The notes under the pieces were generated by a model. That model was given only the letters and a program-made list of their open reading frames with translations, had not been told where the DNA came from and made no database searches. This document shows positions 1 to 10,128 of a stretch of DNA of 33,803 nt, in pieces. The stretch spans positions 1-33,803 of the forward strand of contig JALDTO010000245.1 of NCBI GenBank assembly GCA_023515725.1, given 5' to 3'. Within the stretch, counting starts at the first letter, position 1, and every line of letters starts with the position of its first letter. Origin of the DNA: Amoeboaphelidium protococcarum X5 (lineage: Eukaryota; Fungi; Aphelidiomycota). A program made the position numbers and the translations under genes.

Positions 1-1558
1 GTACTCTAGTCGGTTTTCCGGCCTTTTAGCATTTAAGCCTCAAGTGACTAGCAGTCTTCTCATGTTTAACAATCACGTACCCCAAAGAGTTTTGCCATCT
101 CTAAGTATACTCCATAGCCTACTCCATCGAGTCAAAGGATTTATTCATAAAATCTTCATCATCTTCTTCCTACTCGCTAGTCCTGACCAAATCCGCCTTA
201 GAAGATTCAATCATTGGTTCTTCCGGACGGCAATGCGCGGTCGTACTCTCCTTCGACCCTGCAACTTCGAGCTGTTTGACAAATGGATTACTGTTAGATG
301 CAACATTAGCAAAGGTTACTTCATTTTTGGAAGCATCAAATCTGACTACAATCTCAAAGCTTTAAGAAACGTGACTATGAAAGAATGGCGTTGGATTGAG
401 GTTACTTTCACCAAAGCTTTACTTTACTGTACTAGGCCTGCCATTCATGCCAGTCTCCTCACTCTACGCGTCATCATCCTGGCTTAAAACAGAGAATCGA
501 TTACTTTTGATGACCGAAGACTGAAATATACGCTCTTGATACGTATACACTACTTTGGCAGGAGTTTTAGGAGCCACCACATGGTTAGTCTTATGCTATG
601 GAGATGATCTACACGCGTCCTTTTACTCTACTGCATTACTTGCAGCTTCATTGCTTTAAGACTTATTTTGGTCCACTTAAGAAGTCATGGAAGACATAAT
701 AGATTTCTGATCAGGTACCGCACTCATATCATCATCGGCGGAGACAGGTCTCTTGACGGCTGTAGATTGCGAAGGATTAGACTACTCTGGCATAGCCAAT
801 AACGGGCTCTCTTACTACTTGAGTTTCTCTGCTCGTTTTTGGTAGTAATTCTAAAAGGCCTGGAGTGACACTTTCATTTCCGCGTCGGAGAGCCCTGCAT
901 CCTTCATCGCTGCGTATGAATCTGCATTGGGTAGTTCGTCCTTGAAGTCGGTATACTTCAATTACGCGTCCCAGAAGTCTTTCCAACCTGGCAGCAATGC
1001 CCGTCTTGAGCTCTTATGCCCCTATAGAATTGCATTTGAAGGAACTGCGCTGATATTACTCAAAGATATGAAATGATTGGCATTACTCGGAGTGGACCAG
1101 GCAATGTGAAGTGTCTTTAAGTCCTGCAGCTTTAATCCCTTAGAGTCTTGAATATATCTCTTTGGAATAAATGTGCATCCTCCGCTATTGCTAATTATCT
1201 TATCTTCTACCTTTACGATTTAATCGTGTAGGGCTATAATGACACCCAACGCATTGGCAATTGCAGCTATATGAAATTGTGCCAAGTAAACACCATCAGT
1301 TTCCAGACTACGCACAAGTTCTTGGTATTCACCCTATGAGTCTTCAGACCTTGTGTCACAATAGACACTCTTATTCTCTTTGACTTCTTTCAATGATAAC
1401 TTCTTCACCTTCTTCCACTTTGTCTCCGTACCATACATGCTGTATGATATCGCTCTGGATAAGCAATTACCGTCTCCTAAAGGGTCATAGGTGACGATAC
1501 TGTCTAGAATATCTGAACTGAGATAAATATTTACAAATGATGCAGATTTATTATTCAT
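1..1558 (-). CDS. OTU-like cysteine protease fused to a FAR1/MuDR-type transposase DNA-binding domain (3' partial, >519 aa, table 6)
   Basis: No in-frame TGA from ATG 1558 to the window edge. N-terminal OTU motifs LGDGNCLSRAIS and LHIAWSTPSNANHF, a low-complexity linker, then FDSMEQAMEYTQRWQNSLGYVIVK...LRLKCQKAGKP (FAR1/MuDR DBD pattern). Confidence 0.8.
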
Positions 1559-1580
1559 ATTAGTCACTGTATAATAATTG

Positions 1581-1684
1581 GTGCTGAATAAAAGGGCCGA
1601 ATAGCTATTGTTTCACGTTTCACTGCGGGGCCGAATAGGATTGGGCCGAATAAGCGAGCCCGAACGGGCCAAATACTTTTTCCC
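1581..1684. repeat. Putative TIR with subterminal repeats GGGCCGAATA (1594, 1628, 1643), variants (1581, 1666) and a GCCCG-AA-CGGGC hairpin (1658-1669)
   Basis: Repeats read directly from the sequence; a GC-rich island in an AT-rich context. Flanked by a 9-bp AT-rich candidate TSD ATTTTTAAA (1685-1693). Confidence 0.7.
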
Positions 1685-2219
1685 ATTTTTAAATGTTGAT
1701 GCTGCGGATGTACGTGTGCATCAAAATACTCAGTCTTATTCATAGACATATTGGAGTATAATAATAATCTTGTACAGCGAACTAAAAACACGTTACTGCT
1801 TAAAATGTTAAAGTTAGATTTGAGTCACATTTAAGTAAGCGTGTAACAATACCAAATGACTAAAAGAAGAGAAGCCGCGAAATTGACAGAGTACTCTATA
1901 CCATCGCCAAACAACAACAATAACAACAACTGCTTATTTGCGTGTGTAAAAGTGTCAATCTCGAAGGCTACATTTGTTAATAGAGCGCGCTTACTGAACC
2001 AGTGTCTCTTTCTCTTTAATGAGAGATTCTTCTAAATGCGTTCTCACACTGAAATAGACGCGCTTTGTTGATCATCTCAAGTCAGACGCGCGCGCGTTTC
2101 TTACAGCCAAATTCACAGTCTCAACTCTCTCTTCAGCATCTTTAGTCATTTTCTGCATTGTTGTCACGCACACACTCACACATACAGTACATACGCTATA
2201 GAAGACATTTAGTAATAAT

Positions 2220-4331
2220 ATGACTACTACTGATTTGCTGCTAAAGTACAAAAAGTATGTTGGAATTCCACCCGTGATTGCTGCGGTTTTGTATATCTAC
2301 TTTCTGAGATCCTTCTCTAGTAGTCGTCGCCGTCGCTAGTTGTCAAAGAGTGTCTCATCATCATCATCTGGCACATTTGGCTCTGATAATGCTGCAGATT
2401 CTTAATAGCAAGTTGACGGTGGAAAGTAGTCTTTAGCAGTGTCCGCCGGAGGTGATAAGAAAGTGTCATCCAAGAGCAGCGCCAGAGTCGGTGTTAATGC
2501 GAGATTCTTTGCCTAGATGAACAAGTTGGTACCCATCCTGGTGCCTAGTGTGTTTTGTAGAGAGTCGGCTCTGTTGGTTAGTCTGGCTGCCGTGTTGATT
2601 GCCAGAACGTGGCTCGACATTTGGTTCAGCTCTTTCAATGGTGTCGTTGTTAAGAGTATAGTCAGTCGTGACAGGCGTGCGTTTGTGGCCAGAGCTGGTG
2701 TAGAGTTCTCCCTGATGATGTGGCCACTATCTATAGTGAACAATAGTCTCAAGATGTTGATCAATGCTCTATCAATTTGCTTTAGGGACAGACTGACAAC
2801 TTATGCTCATGAAGCGTACCTGTCAGATATCACCTTCTACAAAGTGTCCAACATTGACAATCGAATCTAGAATGCTGATCAATTATTGACTCAGGATATA
2901 GATAAGTTTAGTGAGAACCTGGCTCATCTGTACTCTGATATTAGTAAGCCTTTGGTGGATATCTTTCTGTTTGCCATTAAACTTGGTCAGGCTATTGGTG
3001 GTGAATCTCCTTTGATCATGGTGTCTTACTTCTTGGCTTCCGGTGTATTCCTCCGCGTGATCAGTCCGCCGTTTGGAAAGTACACTGCGCAAGAGCAGAA
3101 GCTGGAGGGAGACTTTAGATTTACTCATTCTAGAATCATAACTCACGCTGAGGAAATTGCCTTCTACAGAGGGTCTGAGAGGGAGAAGACGTTTGTCAAC
3201 TAGTCATTTCGTCGAATTTTGGAGCATTTGTACAAGGTGAATGTGCTGCGCTTTGCTAATGGTATTTTGGATTCGGTGGCTGTGAAGTACTGTGCCACTA
3301 TACTTGCGTATTGGCTGTTGAGTCGTCCAGTATTTGATCCGCGGTATGCTACTGAGCAGATGGGCAGTGCTGGTGATGATCCAACTAAGATCATGGAGGA
3401 TTACAGTCGAAACTCTAGTTACCTGGTCAATCTATCTTAGGCTGTGGGCAGAGTTATACTGGCTGGTAGAGATTTAACGCGTTTTGCTGGTTATACATCG
3501 CGTGTGGCGGAGCTGTTTGAAGTGCTTGAGGATGTGAAGCGTGGCCGTTACGAACGTTCAATGGTTAATGATACTAGTGGGGCGCAGTTGACCAGAGTTG
3601 AGTAGTCGGATTTGAAAGGGGTTATCAAGAAGAGTGATAATGCTGACATTGATTTTGACAAGGTGCCGATTATAACTCCGAATGGTGATGTACTGATAGA
3701 GTCACTGAGCATTAACTGTAAACATGGTACATCCGTCTTGGTCACGGGTCCGAATGGTTCTGGAAAGAGTTCTCTGTTCAGAATCTTGGGTGAATTGTGG
3801 CCATTGTTTGGTGGTACATTGACAAAGCCTGAAGCTAGTTAGTTCTTCTATGTGCCTCAGAAGCCTTATTTATGTCTGGGCAGTCTTCGTGATCAGCTGT
3901 TGTATCCTCATGATAAGGAAACTGCACTGAAGAATGGCGCCACAGATGACAAGTTGATGGAACTTCTTAAGATGGTTCATCTTGAGTATTTGGTCGATAG
4001 AGAAGGTGGCTGGGATGCAGTGCAAGATTGGGCAGATGTGCTGAGTGGTGGAGAAAAGTAGAGAATGGCCATGGGAAGATTGTTCTATCATAAGCCTCTA
4101 TGGGCCGTGCTGGATGAGTGCACTAGCGCTGTATCTATCGATGTTGAAGGACTAATGTATACCAAGGCGAAGGAGTTGGGTATCACGCTGTTTACCGTTT
4201 CTCATCGCACGTCCCTGTTTAAATATCATGAGTATCTGCTCAAGTTTGATGGCAATGGCCAGTACGAATTTAGTAAGCTGGAGTAAGGTGACACGTCAAG
4301 TCCGTTTGCATTCACTAAGTTAAAGTAATGA
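2220..4331 (+). CDS. Peroxisomal ABC half-transporter, ABCD family (PMP70/ABCD3-like), 703 aa, intronless
   Basis: Six ORF-track fragments share one frame joined by TAG/TAA. Motifs: EAA-like EEIAFYRG, Walker A GPNGSGKS, signature LSGGEK(TAG=Q)R, Walker B AVLDECTS. Ends TAA TGA. Confidence 0.95.
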
Positions 4332-4428
4332 TATACTTTTAAAGTAATGTTTATCTAAATCAATTTTGAACAATTTTATCAGTCCGCTTAAGTATATCCT
4401 CTTTCCGTAACGGTAATGTCTTCTGATT

Positions 4429-5070
4429 TCACTTTTGTTTCAGCCACAATTTGTAGAATCCACAAAGAGCCGCAGTGAAGGCACACGTGGCCTGAAATCT
4501 GTCGGAAAACTTTAGTTGAAACACGTCATACGCGCAGAAACCGAAATCTCCCAACAGTTTCACGATGGACACTTTGACATACAAGAGCTTCTGCTTGTCC
4601 ACGCTTTTCTGAGCCATCAGAGATTTATAAGTCTTTATAATGTCACGGAGATCCAGGCATATACACAGAAACCACATATTATTGCTATAGTACTCAAATC
4701 TGGCAGAATAAGATTTATCCAGAACACCAACTTTGCACAGAGCCACAATGTCGTCTGAAATGTCGTTCAGAACGGAGAGCGAGTTGTTAAGTAGAGAGAT
4801 TTAAGTTTCCACATCTTATTACTAAAAGCCCTTCTTCAGTATTGACTGCACTTCTTACCACGGTTGGATGCAATGCATCAATCTCACCATTTTACGAGCA
4901 TTGGATAGAGCAGATACCAAGTTTAATATCTTTTACAAAGACGACTTCCCCTCCTTTGTCAAAACTGAACTTTATGATTGGAGTACATAGAGCCTGCATG
5001 CATATTAAATGATTTTCAAAAACTTGTCTCTACCATCAGTTATAAGTAGCACATTATGAAGCTTATTCAT
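4429..5070 (-). CDS. PEX11: Peroxisomal biogenesis factor PEX11 family, 213 aa
   Basis: N-terminal TDGRDKFLKII(TAA=Q)Y motif, LSNARKMVRL segment, hydrophobic C-terminus AALCGFYKLW; TGA stop. Confidence 0.88.
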
Positions 5071-5253
5071 ATTGAATAACGTACAATTAGTTAAAATTTT
5101 AAGCTTCTAAATAGAGTCTCTATAAAAAATTTCAACTTTTAAGTAGAAGATTTAACAATTGAAACAACAGGCAAAGAAAACATTTGAGAGTTTAGTGAGA
5201 TCAAGGCTCTGTAGCAACTACAGTACATTGACTTAATAATGGATAACACTAAT

Positions 5254-6495
5254 TCATAAATTAAAAAAGTCACTCTTCGCAAAAGTAACGCGTGAGAAGT
5301 ATAGACATTGAGCTAGATGAAACAGAGCCTAATCGACAACGCATCGTTTAGCCAACTGCTTTGTCGCCATTGCCTGAGGTGACACGCATAGAGTCGATTA
5401 GTCGTCGGAACTCTTCAACGAGCACAAATGTCGCTAATTACCATCCATCGAGTATTCAAACGTTACATTCAATCGCGACTTCTAGCAGTACTCATTCAAA
5501 AGTTGCGATTTCAATTTATCATCTTCCACCAGTTCACCATCTTCTTTAACTGATGTGACCGCATCGGCTTGTAATCTTTGTTTGAGATTATACAGAAACG
5601 AGCTGGAAAATTATTGAACTTGTTCCCGCGCAATTGTCCCATCTTGCTGTAAGGAGGAATACAGACGCAGATTATCGCTCAATTGCATCTGACACTGATA
5701 TTGATGAAGCTATCCTCCAGCATTACCGACTATTTAATCGCTACTGATAATCAATTCTTCTGTGCAACAATAAGATGCACCATAAATATCTTTACAGAGC
5801 ATTTGTAATTACGCGAAATCCACTATTTAATGTCCAGCAGTCGTCTAAGACATCACTCTACTCTTATAAGGCTGCCAAAGTTTCTCTTCATACAAAACTT
5901 CCTTCTCAATTTTGAGCATGTAATCTTCGTCAAAACGGCTTTGCATCTCGTCAAGTTTGTTAATGACTCTCTCACGATTTATCTGATACTAATCAATCGC
6001 TTATGACGTTTATATTAGTTATTCTCTAAGAAATATATTTAAGATTACAAGTGAGCCAACCCATTCGCTGCTGACAAATTAAGGAGTTATCTGACTATGT
6101 AGCCGATACAAAGATTTGATACAATCACGTTAGAGATACATTCGATCAGTCTAGGACAATACAAAATTTTCAAATATTTAATTCAAATCTTATCCATATA
6201 TGAATATTTTACTCTCAACATTCAAATGCACTTAGTTTGCTGTATGTGGACACGCCATCCAAATGTCTTTTTCTGGATTTAACAATCTCTATACATCTTC
6301 AGACGGGCAGCAAAAGTGTAAGCGCGAAGACTTACGTTACAGTGTTGGGACATCAGCGGCTAGAACATAAACTTGCCAATTTTTAGGCACTAAGTAAATA
6401 CCTGTATCTCTATATATACTTGTAAAATAAGCTTAACAATCTGCAGACTACCCACTACAAGACAGATTTAAATACAATTTCCTTTCAACGTTCAT
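5254..6495 (-). CDS. Double-stranded RNA-binding domain protein, 413 aa (clear C-terminal dsRBD, probable second degenerate dsRBD, possible dead RNase III-like N-terminal part)
   Basis: TGA-free frame from ATG 6495, absent from the ORF track. C-terminus KSQLLNEYCQKSRLNVTFEYS...HLCSL...ATKQLAKRCVVDQALFHL fits the dsRBD pattern. Confidence 0.7.
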
Positions 6496-6556
6496 CGCGT
6501 TAAAATCATAATAAAAGATCGAAATAAAGAGAAACTTTGCGTAAACACAACCATCA

Positions 6557-7339
6557 TCAATATATTTTCTAAAATTAAAATTAATCCTATAACTGCAACT
6601 AGTGCAGTGGCTCTAACTATAGCTACTACTAAGGTAACTATTACTATTGTTGCTGCTGCTGCAAAAGATCCTCGTGATAATGAAAGTAGTCAACGTGATC
6701 ATCATACTACTCAAAATCCTTATAATACTCATTGATAGGGACATGAGTGGAGGACATCAGATCCAACGCGTCCAAACTATCAGGAATCTCTGCGGAGCTA
6801 TATCCACCACTAGTAGAGGACGTGAAATCAACCTGATGGTAATTGTAATACCCAGGCGGCGCGCTATACATCAGGCTCATATCCTCCTCGACACACAGCA
6901 ATTGCCTCAATTCATCCACATCAACATCGCACAGCTCAGTCTAAGACAAAAACACGTCCAAATTAGTAGCCACATCAGTATTACCCATCAAATTGAGGCT
7001 GTCCATATTAATAGCAGTTTTCTCATCCGTCTGCATCACAATGGATTTCCTGCGAGGAATTCTTCTCTTGACTGGAGCAGACATTGGCTATTGAGTAGCA
7101 GTGAGGATAGTATTCACCGAATCACCATTAAATAGATGAGCACCATCGCTGACCTTCTTCTTATACGGACCGCGAACAATGCCCTTCTCGCGGGGCTTCC
7201 TCACGTAGTCAACGCAGTCTGTGAGGCCTTTGGCAGTGCATCTAGAGCAAGGCCTCTGCTCATCGCACTTCTTGCACGCCTTCCTGCAGTTAGTGCACGC
7301 TTTCTTCACCTAAATACGCGGCTTTTTGGCGGAGAACAT
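6557..7339 (-). CDS. Zn(II)2Cys6 fungal-type transcription factor, 260 aa
   Basis: ACTNCRKACKKCDEQRPCSRCTAKGLTDC binuclear cluster; C-terminal polyQ written with CAG/CAA/TAG/TAA (6638-6661); ends TGA TGA. Confidence 0.92.
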
Positions 7340-7908
7340 TGCGTGTGCTTACAATAGAGGCCAATCTATAAAATCTATGTGGGGGCGTGTGAACAATAAA
7401 ATGCTAAAATGGAAAAAAGTCTGTGTGAAGAGGAATTTGCAAATTTTCAATTTGCGGTCGCGTCATCATCAGCATGGGCTGTGCCACCGCGTGTATTGTC
7501 TTAATGGCTCGGCTTCTCCTTTGATTGAGCTGAAAAGTGTAACGTTGTCGGCTTTGTGCCACAGTGTGAAGCATAGCTTAGTGATGGTCGTGCAAAAGTT
7601 GCGGCTCTGGTTACAAAATTAAATATAAAACAGTTGCACTAAAAGCGCTAATGAAAATATAGTGAACAATTCGGGTAACCTTCAATGTTTACAGTGTTTG
7701 ATGTCAAGGAGAGTCTCCAAAACGACGATCACTTGAATTTTGAACGGTTGCCGTTTCAGTTTCAGTTTTCATTTTCAGAAACAAAATCAACAATCTTTCC
7801 ATTCTGGGATTGACTCTCATTTCATAATATTTTGACAAAGGCCACAGGCAGCTAGCTCTGTTACAAGATTTTAGATAAAGTCAAGAATAGTGACAATTGA
7901 AACTCCGT

Positions 7909-10062
7909 ATGTCTGAGCCTGAGTACGTTGAAAGTTATCAAGACTTGCGGCCCAAGCACTTTGGTTCCCCTGTGGAGCAGGTGTTCGACAGCAGTGAATC
8001 TATGGAGATGTCGGATTTGCATACTGGAAACACTGAGGGCAGTCACGAGTAAATTCTGCTACCACCAAATTATCATTAAGAGATTCCTTTGGCTTCAAGT
8101 AGTGACCATCATTCGAATGACTTGACAATTAATATTGATCAAGGCGCTGACCACTAGACTGCTGCGTCTCACCAAGATGATCCTCATAATTCGCCCAATT
8201 CTAATGATGATCACTCTGATGACCATCATCATAATAATCAACATTAAAGTGATAGAAGTGATCAGAATTCATAAAGTGTAGAGAGCTCATTCCTGAATTC
8301 TGATTTCGATGAATAGCTGTATGTGCGTACACTTTCGCCGTGGTAGCAGAAGTTATATGGATTCTTTGAAGCTCACAACTCCATTTGGGCTAAACTGTTT
8401 ATGCTTGTCTCTTATGCTTTTATTGTGGGCGCCATCATTACGGTACCTGTATAGACTTTGCCATAGTTTACAAACTCTGATGGCACTGAAAGTACTCTAA
8501 CTGACGATTTGATTCCATTCTAGATTGTGGCAAGTACCTGGTGGTCTATCGAGTTATTGGGGCGATTCTTGGCGACTAATCATAAGTTGACATTCTTCAC
8601 TCACTTCCTTAACTTTATTGATCTGCTGTCAATCTTACCAGTATTCTTTATTGGCGTATCCGATCCTAATGTTAAGAGTGCTGTCAATATTCTATCAGTG
8701 CTTCGAATATTGAAGGCACTGAAGTTGGCTAAGTATAATGTCGGTATACGCGTTGGACTGCTTGCCATAAGAAGGAGTAAAGATGCTGTGTTTATGCTCT
8801 TGCTGTTCCTCATTCTCTCTCTGCTGATCACCTCAACACTCATGTACTGGGCAGAACGTGGTCAGTGGGATTAGCAGGAGAGGGAATGGGTGCGTCCCGA
8901 TGGGAGCAGGTCGCCGTTCAATTCTATTCCTGAAGGATTCTACTGGGGAATAACCACTCTTTCCACCACGGGATATGGCGATACTTATCCCATTACGCCT
9001 TGGGGTAAGTTTATCGCTTCCATCACGATGGTTCTCTCTATCATGACCATCGCTCTTCCCACCTCTATCATTGGATCGAATTTTATGGCAGAGTATCAAC
9101 TATATCAGAAGCATCTGCTGCAAAAGAAGCTGGTCAGGAACTAGCGCAAGACTAATCGCTCTAAAAGCACGTAATCTACGGGAACTGCGGACGCTAATGT
9201 ATCAGCCACCTTAAATACTACTCAGAGCGCGGAGAGGACGAAAGAGCAAATTAAGTCTTTGAAGGAGCAGAACGATTCGCTTTATCTCGCACTGGCAGAA
9301 ATCCAAGACAAGTTGAATGATGTCAGTCCACCTCAGTACTATGTAAAGTTTAAAGAGTTGAAAGTCTAACACGACCAGTCGCTTGTCAAGATTGAATTTT
9401 TAGAAAAAGAGCTTGCCAAGTGGAAACACATTGCCAAAGACTTGACAAAGAAGAATAAGAGCCTCACAGAGTATTTTAAAGTGAAGAACATCGCTTCGCC
9501 AGTTGTCAGTATTGTAAAAGGCACCAAGAATGCTGCATCTGGGATTATGAATAGCATAGAGAATGTTTTTGAACAATCAGATTATTTGGACCATGTTGAG
9601 AGTATGGACGAAAAGAAGAGCACTTCTGTGCGAGCGGCCAAGAAGGCTGGTAAGTGGATTAAGAAAGCGACGGGTATGAGCTCAGCAACATCAGCTACTC
9701 CGACCCAGTCAGAACACCTGTCACCTGTACGAGATAAAAGAAAAAGTATTCAGACCACCTCATCTAGCTAAGATACTGCAGAAGATGCAGATTATTCAGA
9801 CTCTCATCTAATGCCACCGCGTCAACAATCTCTTGACTCCCTGCACTTGGATGATGACTCTAATCCGTCGCATGGCCTTGATACTTCTCAAGAGTCTGTG
9901 GATCATCAACAAGATCATCACAATGATCGTCATAGTAATTCTGAGAGACATGTAAAGTTTGTCGATGGACATTCTTAATAATCCGCATCTGCTCATGAAG
10001 ATCATGATGATCATAAAACTGATCACGGCAATCAACGCGGTTCAAGAAAGAGTACAGGTTGA
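7909..10062 (+). CDS. Voltage-gated (Kv/Shaker-like) 6-TM potassium channel, 717 aa
   Basis: S3 NFIDLLSILP, S4 LSVLRILKALKLAKY, pore FYWGITTLSTTGYGDTYP, S6 IALPTSIIGSNF, C-terminal coiled coil, His/Asp-rich termini; no T1 domain seen. Confidence 0.93.
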
Positions 10063-10128
10063 TACTATTGTATGATGGATGAGATGAGCTATAAAAGAGA
10101 TATTGAGAGAAGATAAATAAACGAATAT

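Larger units (their letters stand above)
1..1684 (-). mobile_element. Mutator-like (MULE) DNA transposon, one terminus in window; element continues beyond the left edge
   Basis: The minus-strand end reads GGGAAAAAGTATTTGGCCC (G-rich start typical of MULE TIRs). It has subterminal GGGCCGAATA repeats and is followed directly by an ORF containing a FAR1/MuDR-type DNA-binding motif. The DDE domain and second TIR are outside the window. Confidence 0.7.

Noticed and set aside
44-487. Plus-strand 147-aa ORF and similar ORFs (6647-7135, 13991-14293, 15805-16101, 20363-20635, 29008-29289, 30563-30964)
   Set aside because: Antisense shadows of real genes on the opposite strand.
1581-1684. CRISPR-like array
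   Set aside because: Repeats are only 10 bp with irregular short spacing, in a eukaryote, with no cas genes; they fit transposon subterminal repeats.
8452-8523. TAG = Glu, suggested by three TAGs at conserved Glu sites in the K+ channel
   Set aside because: TAG occupies the invariant Gln of the ABC signature and alternates with CAG/CAA in polyQ runs; channel-specific E>Q changes are more parsimonious.
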